A stretch of DNA of 61,783 bases, counting the filler, from Choristocarpus tenellus KU-1152 (taxonomy: Eukaryota; Protista; Phaeophyceae): NCBI GenBank assembly GCA_964200185.2. It is 6 parts of 6 records of this genome, joined end to end, with 100 filler letters (N's around TTAATTAATTAA, not from the genome) between each part and the next. Parts side by side here need not be neighbours in the genome. Positions count along the whole stretch, not along the records: positions 1 to 11,307 come from CAXNAD020002395.1; positions 11,408 to 25,480 come from CAXNAD020001283.1; 4 more parts are not named here. One strand, 5' to 3'. Positions 1 through 13,430 of this stretch are shown here, one piece after another. Under the pieces are notes generated by a model that saw nothing but the letters and a program-made list of their open reading frames with translations, did not search any database and was not told where the DNA came from. A program made the position numbers and the translations under genes. How positions within the stretch are numbered: position 1 is the stretch's first letter; every line of letters begins with the position of its first letter.

Positions 1-218
1 ATGTTGCCCCCCCCCCTCTCCACACACACCCCTCCCCGTCCCCACTCCAACATGAACAAAGTGGGTTTCCTAAAATAGTCGAAATTTCTTGTAGCCTGAT
101 TATTTTCTCATCAAAGTGAACTCCAGTTGTTGGTACTGTGTGTGCAATGATCCCTCCACCCAACATCCTCCACCTCCCCTATGATCGAAAACACTGCCCT
201 CACCCGTTTGAATCCCAG

Positions 219-1181
219 GATGTAGAAAAATTGGTTACAGCTGCTGTTTTGGACTATTTAAGGGTATACCTCGACATAGCTCGCGAAACAGCTCCGGTGT
301 GTGATCAGGTTTGGGAGGGGGGAGGGGGAGGGGAGGAGGACTTGGTCTCAGCTGTCAAGGCTGGACATAAAGCGTACTCCAAGTACAGGTATGATGGGGT
401 GCTGGGTGGTGAGTTGGGATCTGCGTAGGGGAAGGAAGGGTACATAAGACCTGCATTGGTAAACGGTGTATTGAGATTGCAATCAACAGTAATGTCACGG
501 TAAAGAAATGTGTATTTATTTATTTATTTTTGGCCATAGTTTTGCCAACTTTCGTATCGAGGTGCAAAGGTTAGAGGAACCTCCCCTCTTTTCCTCCTCT
601 CTCAGAAAATTCTTCCTATCTGGTATTCTCTGCAACTGTCACTGGCCTTTTGATTATGATTAAGAATCAGTCCTATAAGCTGGACCGATAACTGTGATGG
701 AGCCTCTGACTGCGGGCTGGCCCAGTAAGTGGCCTGAAAAAAGTGTTTTCTAAAATGGCCAGTCAAGGGCCTGCTGATTCCGCTCACCAATCACGCAGAT
801 GCAAGAACGGTCCGAGAACAAGCGAATCCTAACAGCGCAAAAAAAACAATTTGTCTGTTGTTGTTTTATTCTACCAGATGCACTGATGATACTCATCTCA
901 TTGGTCTATTGTATGTACCTGCGTGTATGGTTCACCGTGCCTGTTTTTTTTGTTTTTTTGTGTTTGACCTTTCCCTTCCCTTTCCTGTTTGCCAAGTCTA
1001 ACCACCCTCAAGGCGGTGACGGTCTCTTGCTGATGTAATCCTTTGCCTTGAAAACCCTTCGCTGCTGCTGTGGGGACATGGCAGGCGTGAGAATGACCCT
1101 GCCAGGGGTATGCTAACGCGCTTTTATGGGAAGGACTGGACAGAGGCTGCTATCGAGGGCATCCTCTTTGACCTTGAATAA
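219..1181 (+). CDS. pebB: Ferredoxin-dependent bilin reductase, PebB-like; last two exons (219-388, 1085-1181), 5' part outside window
   Basis: cccag|GAT at 219, AG|gtatga at 388, gcag|G at 1085; phases match. Translation [23 protein letters not shown]...[40 protein letters not shown] matches the PebB-type C-terminal motif YRxxxDPARGMLxRFYGxxWTExxIxxxLFDL (family knowledge from memory). Confidence 0.85.
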
Positions 1182-4100
1182 CTTGTTGAGTTAGGATTAC
1201 AGTTAAGAGTTAGAGTTAGGGCAAGTGTGTGGATTCTTTGTTGGGAAAAGAGATTAGTGAGATTTAAGAGTCCCATTTTTTCTGCCCGCCTCTCCTTGAC
1301 TGGTTGGATAAAGAAAGTGATTTATCTGTTGAAGTACGCAGTTTTTTAAGATGGAAACCCTTCCCTGCGTAAGTTGAAAAGGCAGATTCTCTCCGAAGGG
1401 TTCTCTTTTTTTGTTTTTAGAATCCTTATATTTTAAGTTTGTGTGTGTGTGTGTTTTCTCCAAAAAGAGGTGCTGGAAGTCTGTGACGTTACTGACTGCT
1501 ATGATTTGTGATCTCTACTGATTTATGTACGCACTGCATGATCTCTAAGGGTGGTTTCATATTCTAGACATAACAAGGCACACATTGTAGTAGTGAATGG
1601 CATATATCTCAGTAAATGTATCATTGCATCATCAAGCTCAAAGCAGTCTATGTCCTTCCTCACCTCCCCTACCAAAATAGTTTAAGAAAAATGCTCGCTC
1701 TGATGTATAATCATCACATCTACATGGTAGATGTACTGTAATTTTAAAAACACCGGTGTCCCAATGCACACATTGCAGACTGTATCAGGCTACAAGTCTT
1801 GGTGTAACCCAGTCCAACAAGAACACATGCTATTTTCCAAATCATTGCTGCTGATAAGTAAAACTCAAGTGAGATACTGTAAGTTGCTTGTGTACTATTC
1901 ATCAATAGTTGTAAGTTAGTCGTCACACATATAATGGTGTGACTGTGCTCCCATATTTGGGCAAACTTCTCGTCCATGACTATGCACTGCATAGTACTAA
2001 TATACAGCATGTGTTTCTGACCATAGTGAACTTGATACTCATCCTCTTACATGACTATTACACCCCAATTGTACCATGTAAAACATCTCCAGCAATACAT
2101 TTTTACTCTCGTGAACGTCAACAATTGCATGTAGAGATGTTAGAAGCTTTGGTGGTACATCCTCTCAATGCTATCACTACGCTATGTGAAATGTGCATGT
2201 AATCACTAAATAAAAAATCGTAAAGCTTTTTATCTACAGGGTTACACCTTCATTACGGGTGGGTTTTTATTGCACAGGTTTGTGTAATTGTACGTAACCG
2301 TATTTATGGCTGTCCGATACGTCAAAACGATCATGAAGAACACCATCGTCCTTGTGGCTGTTAGAATCGATCACAGGAGAAATTTCGATGCTACGTTTTT
2401 TTTTATTGCAAAACCCCCCCGATCACAATCACACAAGGAAATGTTAAAGAACAGTTTCGGCTCTTAGTTTTGCATTTTAGTGCTACAGTTACTACCTCAA
2501 CCTCAATTCAAAATGTAAAAGATTTTTTTTTTTAAGTTTCAAAACGACTGCACTAAAGTCACAAGAACAAATCCCATCCAAAGCGATTTAACAAAAATAA
2601 ACAGAAAATAATTTTCAAAGCTGGCACAAAGAATTTCTGTAGGAGTTGCACAAAACTTTAGATCACTTGTGGAAAGAAAAATGGAACGAACCAGGTGTGA
2701 ATGATAGAGCTAGTATTGGAATAGAAACCACAGTTGAGGTCAGAACTAGAAATTATTAATGTAGGGGAATTGATAAAATTGAGATGGCAATCAGTAGGAT
2801 TGATTTAAGTGGTGCGTATGAGTATTGGGAAGAAACTGGTCCACAAATAGATCTAAAGCATCTAGAAGCAAGACCTGTTGCAACACTAATGTATAGATGC
2901 ACAAATGCATCACGAAGTATTTGAAAAAACTCAATACAGGTGAGGATAGAGTTCATACATAGACTAGAATTTCCAAAAATAAAAACAAAACGTTAACACA
3001 CTGCCATAACAATTCAATTCCATCCTCCTTTTCTCATGGCAAACTGCATCTGTCAAGAGTCGGTGCAAGGTCAAAGAAACACAAAAGCAAAATATAGTCA
3101 TTACACATGAAATAAACAGGAGGATTGGGGTGGGGGAATCAACCTTTCCACTCTTTTGATCCTCCTGATCTTATCAGCATGTACTTCACCTCCTCAGTTA
3201 CTTGGTACTTTGTGGTGGAGCAGCAGTCCATTCCAATCGAGCATGAACATATATTTTGTATTTTCTTTATTTTGACCCATTTTAGTCAAATCCCATTCAA
3301 GCTCTACACAAGCCCCTTCAGTAACGACACCCCCTCACCCTCCTAATCCTCTCCACATCCTGAAAAGGATGTCGTCAGGGAGTGAGATGATTGATACATT
3401 GAGAGGTAAAAACCTTGTAATGCAGTGCCCACATGTGGCTGACTATAGTGACACCTCCACAACAACAGATCGAGTACACCTACATCATGAAATCGATCAC
3501 AACCACGCAAGAACAAGTGATCAAAAGGGCGGAGGGGGGGGGGTACTAACAGCAGTAGGAACACCTAACTTAACTTCCTGAAGATTGTGCCTCACCCCTG
3601 CCATTTCCAATTAAAACCCCTCCTTTCAAACACACGAGGACGACCTGGCGTGTTTTAGGTGGCAAAAATCAGAAGTTGAACACAGAATACAAAAGAAAGA
3701 CTACATGACAAAAACACAATATAACGGAGAAGAAAGACAACTGATGTGCAGATAGTTCTCTCCCCTCATTTCAAACCCTTGCCATACACAACCTTGCTGA
3801 AAAGCAAGAGATACAAATGAGAGCTTTCAAGTGGGTGAGAGGTCACACAATGGGCATGTAGACCAACATTACCCTTCTGCTGCAAACTTCCACATTTCAC
3901 TTCAAAAAGATGAAATAAGTTTATTGTTCATCCATTGCGAAGCTTCAGTTTGGTTTGCACCTCCTGAGGCAGAGCCAACACAAGGCCATTCTCTAGAGAG
4001 GAGAGGGGTTAACATCACAAGCACATAAATGTGACAAGTCTGACAATGTCACACCAGTGATAAAAAAAGGTATGCTTCTACAGTCCATGAAATGTCAGCA

Positions 4101-4743
4101 CGTGGGTAGGATCAAGAGGAAAAGGGGAAGAGTTGTGGGGGTGGGGGAACAGCTATAGAACACTATCATGAACATATCCTTCCCAGCGGCTTTAACACAC
4201 CCCACCTGACTTTGAAATACCCAAAGAGAGGCAAAACGCTCTATTATCTCCACAAGACTCCATAAAACAGAAGGTACTGTACATCATATAAGGCAACCGA
4301 ACAGTATTAGACAGCCTTTGGCAATGGTCAATAAAAAAAGAACAGATTACCACGGTGTAGTGGTCAACCTACACCTCACCGAGCAACTGACCTTATCAAG
4401 TCAAAGATATATATGATGGATGTCTTGGAGGTGGGGGGAGGAAAGCAGCAGCCATATAATATGTCCACCCTATTTCTTCCCCCTTCCTTCATTGCACCAA
4501 ATTGCAGATAGTAAACGAAGCAGTAATTTGCTCAGAACCACCTCTAGACCAGTGCCAAATAACACACACACACACACATTGCCAGCCAGAAAAAGCACAA
4601 TCACAGAAGTAGACCTAGGGAGGTGGCCATCATACAGACATGGCCACAGAACCACACGGGGTCATACACGATAACTATCACAGCCCTAAGCTTGAAATAT
4701 CTTGAGGTGTAGTGACGAGAATACCCCTGAGCGCCAAAGTCAT

Positions 4744-4914
4744 TCAGTTTTGGTTCTGGGATGACGTCAGTGACACAGCAGCAGCAGCCTCAGCTCGTTT
4801 GCGCTTCTCCCGCCTGGCCAGTGCAGCCCGCCTCCGTCTGCGCTCAAGCTGTGCCTCAGTGGGGGCACTCTGAACGATGCTCCTTGACCTTCCCCCATTC
4901 TTCTTGCCCGATTG
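4744..4914 (-). CDS. Probable terminal exon of an unidentified gene (basic, NLS-like tail)
   Basis: Acceptor ggattcag| followed by 57 codons of GC-rich coding-like sequence: QSGKKNGGRSRSIVQSAPTEAQLERRRRRAALARREKRKRAEAAAAVSLTSSQNQN*. Upstream exons not identified; a second frame is also open. Confidence 0.4.
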   Translation of the reverse strand, partial: QSGKKNGGRSRSIVQSAPTEAQLERRRRRAALARREKRKRAEAAAAVSLTSSQNQN

Positions 4915-6732
4915 CTGAATCCCAATTCATAACAGGGAAGGGGGGTAACAGTGGAGCGGGCAGTGAAGTGTTCAGGGGCAAATGGTATACTTGAGAGAAC
5001 ACAGCATGATCCACTTATTTGATCCAGTGCATGGTGGCGTCCGTGTGAGCCTTTATGCAATCATTTCTGCACTTCGCAATGCATACCCCGAAAAAAACGG
5101 TGGTACCCTATTTGAGGTGATCTCTGCGTATGACTTAGGGATTTTAATGGCAAACCAGTTTGATCACGAGAGACTGTTAAAATAGAACTACAGTAGTTCC
5201 ATTGTGCATAGATCCGCGATGTCGAATAGGTTTCGAGGGAATACACTGAGCAGACTTTAGTGACACCGATTTGACTTTAATAGAAAATGATCACGATTCT
5301 GAGATCCTATTGCATGTTCTTTATGAATTCAACAAACTTTCACGACAGACCGAACGGACATCTCACAAATTCTTGTTGTCCCTAACATTTTTTCTCTACT
5401 TCTAAGTCGAACAGGGTAGGAGTAACTTCAGCAGTAAGGTTTAATAGTGATGCATGAGTAGATGCTCACATACTTGCATAGGTAACCTAAACAGGGAGTC
5501 AATATGAGCGCAAATAGAAAGGGTTTGTGCAAACACAGGGACGGGTAAGACCTAGCGTTAAACCTATCCTCGCCGTCATCATGAAATAGAGCACTAAATT
5601 ATCCTGACCTCGAGGGCAAATACACTAGACCACAAGACAGGAACGTCCCCCCTTCTCTCTATAGTTGACAAAAACCCGACAGGAATCACCAATTTTGCCA
5701 AAGGTTCTGACATACACGCGGAGATACAATGGTCTCCCACAAGGCTTTAACACATTCATACCCAAAAGATAACGTTTATTCACAGCACCAAGTTAACCCA
5801 TAAAGTACAGGCGAGGGCAACTTTCGCGAGAATCGAAGCAAACAAGGTATTGTAGGATTACACCATGTAGACTTAGCGAATCTGAACTCACCGCCGATGA
5901 GATGACGTGTATGTTCCACGCCACCATAGCCCCACCCAAGATGAAGGCCACAAGACCTACGAACATACCCATTGCTTGACCAGTACTCAACAACTCGTAC
6001 GGCCCACGACGGCTGGATGAAGGTGCTCTCCTTCACTCACAGAGAGTGTAAACCGAACAAGTTCGGAATATATTGCGCGCTTCAATCTCTATTAAAGAAA
6101 CCTCTAGCGATAACAGACGTTCCGATTGCAGATGCTCGACCTGATTTTGATAGGGTGGCTAGGTACAGTACTGTTGTGAATTGATGCACACAAGTGATCA
6201 CCCCACTCTCCTTACCCACAACAGAATTTGTCCAAATTCCAATTTCTGATAGTATTTGGGAAATAAGATACAAAAATAAAAAATGAAAATCGAAAATTCT
6301 CGTATAAACCTCTAGTATGCAACTTACGTACGTCACTAGTTCTAATTATAAGTGTGGAGTTTGTTTTCTTCAAATATACGGGGGTTGTGGGTTGAGAAAC
6401 ATCACTACACGAACAGAACTATTATTCGACCGATTTAGTAATGAGAGGGAGGTAGACGTCGTGCTAGAGTTATCCCCTCCTTCCAAGAAACGAGGCATAT
6501 ACAAAGGTAGTCTTGGGAAGAGGAGGAGCCCTCCCACACCTCCAACACAATATATCTTGCGTGGACAGAAATTGTAGAATAGAGAGCTGATCCAGACCAC
6601 TTGGAATCTCAGAGTCACAACCGTGAATTGAATGAATGGAGTGGGTCAAGGGGCGGTGTTGATAGAATGGTTTGGTTTAGTGGATACGATGTGATTGGAC
6701 TCCAAGAGTCATGAAGACAGGAAAGTCTAACC

Positions 6733-9700
6733 TTGAACATGAAACTGCTTCAATTATCTGATGACAATTATGCTGGCTGGTTCGACACAACGCGTGCCTG
6801 CTTGGGCGCTAAAGGTGACATTGACGAGGCGTTGGAATACAGGGAGGACCCCCTTAGAATGGAGGACATTAACTTCATCAAGGGGGATGATGCGAGTGAA
6901 GAAGAGATCACCAAGGTCAAGAAAGCATAGGACGTCCTGTTGAGGAGCACCAGTGGCTTCTACAGGCGCATTGTTCGCATTTCAGCGTCACCATCAGAGG
7001 CTTGGAAGAAACGCAGGGAGAATTTTCTTATTCACTCAGATGTGGAAATCGCTAGATTACAAAAGATGGTGATGAATGTCAAGATGCCAAAGGAGGCTGA
7101 CCCTCAAATCACTTTTACCACGATGCTGGACTGGGTGAGTCAGATGGCGATGATGGGGCATGTGATGTCGGAGCAAAGGTTTCATAGCCCTAGCTGTTTC
7201 AATGGGTCCTGATCTCGACCCTGGCACGGGATCCTGTCATACCAGGGTCCGTACGTTGACCATTCTTGCCTTGGCCACCTCCTCATGGGCTGACCTTCTG
7301 TGTTCTCTTCCACGAGTTCATGGTCCCAGCGACTAGAGGCTCCCAGGCTCCTCGCGGTTAGCAGCTTCACGTTGAAGTGAGAAGTCGCGCAAACGAGCAG
7401 CATCTCGTATTATTGCTCTCGAGTGCCCACCATTACCATGATGTTGCATGTAGTGCTTAGTGATAAGGTAATATCGTCGTCCAAACAGTTCTTCAAATTG
7501 CTATGCCGGAACAGAGTTGGAGCCAGCAAAGAAGAACGAAGGAGAAAAATTTAAGACCACACTAGGTGTAGTAGCCAATCGTGACAAGGTGAGAGTGTCT
7601 GATTTAGAGATATGGTGCTTTGATTCGGGGGCATCAAGCGGTGTGACTAATGACCCAACGAACATGTATGGTTTCACCCCATAGCTAACCCTAACCCAAA
7701 ATGATAGTGGCTGATGGCACATCATTACCCATCACAGGATATTGCATGCGTTATCTGAATAATTTCATTGTAGGCCATGATGAGTGGGTGCATGTTAGTC
7801 TAGCGTCTGTCGGACTGGTCCCCACCCCAATCTCGCATTTAGTCTTCTATCATCACGCTCTGCTTGATGAAGGATGATGACAAGACAGTTGTGGTGTTTT
7901 TTTGTTATCTGCGTATTTTCTTTCTTTTTTTTCTTTCGTTTTGTTATCTCCAGAGTACTAGAGGGTGTATCTACTCTCAGTCCAAGAGCTGGGGTTGAGA
8001 ATGGTATCTCCTGGACTGATTGAGAGTACAAGGGGATAATGAGGTTGACATTTAATGTTTGGATGGAGGTACAAGATGGCGACAAGATCGTTTTTCCGGG
8101 ATTGGTGAGAGTTTAGGAAGTGGAGACTGGACACTGGAGGTCACCATTCTGAGGCATTTCACCTGGTGACTGTGCAAACTTATTTGATTTTCTGCTGTTT
8201 TGTTTTAGAAGAGTTCCATTTTTGATATGTTTCGTCTATTTCCATTGAGACTAACTACCCTTATGATGCGTGCGAGTGAGTATTCTATGTGAGTTTTAGC
8301 GGATGAGCTCCCTCCACAAACCCTAGACTGTAAGAGCAGCACGTAGCTTTCCCAAATGTGATTTATGGGATTGCTCTAGAGCAGAAGAGATGTCTGGTTT
8401 GTTGTTGAATATTGTTTGGGTGGAGGCTGTATTTCCCCCTGGACACAGGGCAATAGACACTGAATGGGTTCACAAGCGTAGACCAATAAATTTGGTGAGG
8501 TTGTCAGATATAAGGCACATTTGGTGGCAAAAGGTTTTCGATAGTTTGGGGGTTTAGATTACCAAGATACCTTTGCTCCAACACCGTTGCCTGCGTCTTT
8601 GAAAATGTTTTTTGTGCTACCTGCAGAAAAGGATTGGGCTTTTTTACAGACATTAGTGAAAGAGATTTTTGTTGATTGTCTGATGGATGTGATTTTTGGT
8701 CAGGCATTTAGTGAAAGTTCTTTTTGGCACCAAACAGTCTAGCAGGGAATTTAATCATTTTTTGGTACATGTTTTGGAAGCATGTGTTTTTGAGCAATGC
8801 AAAGCAGATCCCTATGTGTTAAGCCACGTAAGAAATGGCGCTGTTGGTGCTGTGATGGCCCCTCACATTGATGATCTTATGATGGAAGGTATATCTGATA
8901 CTTTGATTTGAATTTGCTCGAGGATCAAGGAGCTGTTTTCTATATAAAATTTTGGTGACCTTGAGTACCGTAAGGTTTGTGAGATTTCACGTGACAGATT
9001 TGCAAAGACAGTCAGCGTTACGTTAGTCAGAACAAGTATGATAGGATAATTTTTTATGATTTGGTATGGATGGGGCAAACAAAAGGGCAGCACCCCGTGA
9101 TCTCTCAAGTACTTTGGACAAGAGTGAGGATCATCCAAGTGTTGATGAAAGTATCCCATACAGAGAGGCAGTTGGTAGTTTGATGTGGGCAGCTGTCACG
9201 ACCAGGCTGGACATCGCCAGTGCAGTTTGAGAGGTTACCAAGTGACAGTAGTAATCCCAAATTTGCACATTGGTGTGCTTTTAAATTTAAATTTTTATAT
9301 AATACGCGTCGAAGATTGCGTTGGATTGATTGAGTTGTGGTGGTTTTGATAATGATTGTGAGTTGAGTGCATGTGCTGATGCTAGTTATGCTGGGGATTG
9401 TAACGATCGTAGATCAGTGAGTGGAGGAGCAATATCTTGGATGTCAAAGGCTCGAAGGACTGTAGCTCTATCCTCAACGGAGAGTATATAGCCCTTATCA
9501 GTGTGGCACATGAATTGCTTTTCTTGCGATTTTTTTTTTTAATCAGCCACATGTTCCTAGGCGTTGCATCGACGTGTTTGAGGATAACGATCGTGCATGC
9601 AAACTAGTACACAATGCCACAAGCTCTACTAGAACGAAGCGCATTGATGTCCGACACCATTTCCTGAGGGACTTGAAAAGGAGAGGTTAACGTATTGTTT

Positions 9701-9975
9701 TTGTTGGTACTGCAAACCAAAGGGCAGATGTGTTGACTAAGAATTTGCCAGGAAGAATTTTTAGACAATATGTGAAGTTTTTGATGAACATGTAGACAGT
9801 TGAACATGCGTGTATTATTTTGTTTGTTGTTTTAAGAGTTAGGGCTTGTTTTCAGCAAGGGGAGTATGTCAAGTATGTAGTGTTATCCTTCTGTTGTGTA
9901 TGTGCTGATACAAGTATGTAACGTAGGTTTGATGCATGTTGTATGTTTGGTTCAGTACAATACAAAGTAGCAACA
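6733..9975 (+). mobile_element. Degenerate Ty1/copia LTR retrotransposon (gag, protease, RT, RNase H, PPT, short putative 3' LTR; integrase largely missing)
   Basis: Gag-like LSDDNYAGW...SPSEAWKK (6733-7185); protease WCFDSGAS (~7613); RT LWDCSRAEEMSGL...TEWVHKR..NKFGEVVRYKAHLVAKGF (8320-8540) and PHIDDL; RNase H ADASYAGDCNDRRSVSG, TVALSSTE, RTKRIDVRHHFL, DVLTKNL (9360-9795); PPT aaggggagta then TG at 9867, ...caaca at 9975. Many stops and frameshifts; no matching 5' LTR found. Confidence 0.9.
7187..7407. mobile_element. 221-bp insertion in the copia gag, flanked by TA
   Basis: TA at 7185-86 and 7408-09. Removing the insert plus one TA restores the gag frame (..EQRFHIIALEC..). No terminal inverted repeat. 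Confidence 0.55.
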
Positions 9976-11307
9976 TATGTGTGGTATGAGGAGGCAGTAT
10001 TTATCCGTACGTCATTGATAATGAATGACTAAGACAAATGCCAGCGGATGATTAATGAACAGTGTATGTTCACCATGTAACTCAACCGGCAGGTTCTCCT
10101 CCGGGCCTTTCTTACATCAAGCTATTCACCAATATTCCCCAACAAAAGAGACCTTGGAGACAATCAATGATGCTTTCGGAGAAGCTACGCACTATGATGC
10201 AGCAGGCCCCGCCAAGAACAAGCTTTTCTTCCCAGTGTACTTGAACACCCCCTTTGGGAGGCGACAGGGATTGGGGGATCACCAAAGGAGGATACCTGAG
10301 GCAAATGACTGTGATGTTGTGCTGAACATCAATGGTGAGTGCTGTTGATGTTTGTAGTAATGAACAGACTTGCATTTGTCAACACATACTTCAGTGTACC
10401 CAACAATGGAAGAGGGTCCTACATGTACTTGGGTTACTGGAGGGGAGATGGAGTGTGCTCTTAATTACATTCTCACTCATGAGGTTGATCACTGTATTGT
10501 ATATTGTATTGATATCTGTACATCTCTTGGCTACTACCAGTCGTAAGGTGTTCCCAGTGGAAGGGGGTATATTTTTCTCATCCGACAAGCACTGATACCT
10601 CATCATCCCTTGAGGTCTGAACTGGTGAGTGTGGTTGCTGAAGAAATCATCTCATCAGAAGGAGGCAGCAACAAAGATTCAGTGGGCATATGTACTGATG
10701 TCAACAACATGACGTTTTCATACACAGCCCATTTGTTGGAAGCTGCTGCATATGTACTACCCATCCATTAATTTCGGATGTACTACCATTGGACTTGGTG
10801 CAACTCGAGTGTTCTTTACACCCTTTGTTACCCTTGAAACTAAACTGAGTTCTTTCTCACCCTGGTACTCCCTTCCACTTACCGCATGGATGTAATGTTA
10901 TGGACATAGCCCTATGGCGACGGTTCACAACGGTGTCAATTCAGACAACTCACTCAAGCACCATCTTTCGTGTTCATTGCTGCCTTCTCTCGCTGTTGCT
11001 TATCCTCCCCCCCCCCCCATCCCCCCATCCCTTCCCACAAAAAAAGAAAAAAAAGGAAACAAACACAAAGAGTTCAAGTCAACAACACGCTTTCCTACCA
11101 CCAACCGACATCATACCCACATTCACAACACATAGAATATTCAGCTAAAAAATAAAATGCATCAGCGACAATCCTCTGGACATGCATCCGACTCCTAGCA
11201 GTACACACAAAAGCCTCGTGCTCATGCCTGAGATTTAGACACCTGCAACAACTACAGAACTAACTATATCCTCACAATACAGATTCCCCCCCCCCCCCCC
11301 CCCCCCC

Positions 11308-11407
11308 NNNNNNNNNNNNNNNNNNNNNNNNNNNNNNNNNNNNNNNNNNNNTTAATTAATTAANNNNNNNNNNNNNNNNNNNNNNNNNNNNNNNNNNNNN
11401 NNNNNNN
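11308..11407. other. Artificial contig spacer (N44-TTAATTAATTAA-N44)
   Basis: Identical 100-nt linker at all five gaps; it has stops in all six frames. Confidence 0.98.
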
Positions 11408-11949
11408 GGGGGGGGTTGTACAGCAGGATGGTGTGACCCCGCATACAGTTGAAGGCATGGTAGAGAATCTGAATGCCGCAGGGAGGGAGGGCGGATGAGA
11501 AATTACGCTTGTGACATAGGAGGTGTAGTCACCGGATTTCAACATCAACAATTTGTCTTTTTTTATCCCTGAAGAGCAGGGTTTGGACAGAGCGTTAAGG
11601 CACCGTTGATGACCTTGTAGATGGGGTTAAGGGCATTTTCCACGCATACGATACAGACGTGCTTGGGAAGGGGTGGCAGAGTCTGTTTGAGAGATACAAT
11701 CAGGTGCTAAGAGACCTGTGGAGGTTCGAGGTAGAGCACAAGGGGACCAAAAAATGGCATTGGGAGGGCGGGCTGGCTAGAGCGGTCGAAGTAGACTGAG
11801 ACCTTTACAACGCAGCGCTGGATTGGCGGATTGATGGTGTCGAGTAAAGGCGAGACATCCTCCATTAATGTAGAATATTCTAAGGAATCCAACGCAAAAA
11901 TCCGTTTTGTAATCAGAGGTCATCTCGAAAAGCTATAAATAACGGCACA

Positions 11950-13430
11950 GACTTAAGGAACAAAGGGAATGTAAACATTTTGCACTGGCACATTGTGTTG
12001 TACTGACCTATGTCCTCAGTATACTTACACAATGCATCTGCAGCTGTCCAAGAAGTCTTCAGGTCATCAATATCTTGTCATCAACCGATGTCATAGAAAG
12101 CTAGCTCCCTTCGTGGTGAGAAATGAAATTAAGAGAAGGGGGGTAAGTCAAGCACATAGAGACGGAGATGGTGAGGAGTGTGCAGGTGCTGGGCAATCTG
12201 TCCATAGTGGAACTGTGTTGGGTTGGACCACCATGCCATACTATCATGATTTCAACTTTTAGCATGTTAGACAGAGTGGCAATGACTCATGGACTAGGCT
12301 TTGGTCTGCCGCTTTTATTCGTCTATGAGCATTTTGATATACATTCTGCCATAACCCTAGACATTTCCCACTAATTTTTGGGAGCTTTTTATAATGGTGA
12401 AAACATCCGTTGTCAAGGACAACACTTGGAGCCATTTTTTCTGTAGTGTCCATTGATGTTTCGAGAAATTTGGTTTACATTGCTTGCTGTCCATGACAAC
12501 CCCCAGTGCTAGTTAACTCAATAACATGTACATTATCCAGGATAATGCTCAGAGCCAGTGACTGTGCAACGTTCATTGTCGGGACAATGCTTGAGCTCTC
12601 GAACCAAAATCCTAAAAATCAGTCCACCCCACAAGCATGCAGTACTTAGAAAGTAGGCATCTTGGAACTGGAGCCATAATGCCGAACATGAGAATACACC
12701 TCATGACATAAAACGCCTTTCGCAAACCACTCATATTGAGAGGTCTGGAAGAACTGCCTGAATAGGTAGAAGGGGTTAGCTGCTGTTGGTGGGGTAGTGG
12801 AACTAATGGCCACAGAGGATATGTGGCAGGCTGCACATGTGGAAGTTGATGGCTTCTGGATGGTGACTGAGCTTGCAATGGCCGATTTACTGCAGATGTT
12901 CAAGAAGATGCACTCAAATGGTGGTAGGAAAGGGATCCAATTTTTTTGCGCTTGCTCAAATTTTCCGGACTCATTTGGGCAATTCCTGCTAAACATGCAA
13001 CCTCAGAGCACATGATTTCAACATCTTGAATATTGCACCGCCTAATGTGGAACTCATCGTGTTAAAGAACATCCTGTGCAAGAACTAGCTGAAGTTGAAT
13101 GCACTGTGGGGGCAAGTTGCCAAGGATGGCAAGCAAGCGATTACTGACTGGATATTGAAGTCGCCGCAATCAGCATGTACGTAGTCACCAATACACAATA
13201 ATAATACCATTGTTCCAGCGCATTAGCTCTATTTCGAATTAAGTGTCCTCTTCAACATATCACTCACAACTCAAAGGCTAGATACGGGTCTCTTTTTTAT
13301 ATTGATACAAAATATCCCATTCCTTCCTTCTTCTGAGTCATCTACAATAACTCCACGTTTGACTGATTATGTTGTGACCTGAACAATCTGTACCTCTGAA
13401 AAAAGGCCGTTCCAGGGATCCATTGTGATA
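11950..13430 (-). mobile_element. Decayed coding relic, possibly from a KDZ/Zisupton-type DNA transposon
   Basis: Stop-riddled reading DPWNGLFSEVQIVQV...EEGRNGIFCINIKK...CLPSLATCPH...CAACH resembles the cysteine-cluster (CxC) region of KDZ elements. Motif-level resemblance only. Confidence 0.25.

Noticed and set aside
6648-6730. aaggggcgg-tgttga as the 5' LTR of the first copia
   Set aside because: No similarity to the putative 3' LTR at 9867-9975.
10883-10911. Possible 29-nt minus-strand micro-exon (GYVHNITSM) with a gtaagt donor
   Set aside because: Its phase does not match the preferred frame of the 4914 exon, and there is no other support.
11352-11363. TTAATTAATTAA palindrome recurring five times
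   Set aside because: Always centred in N-runs; an assembly linker, not biology.
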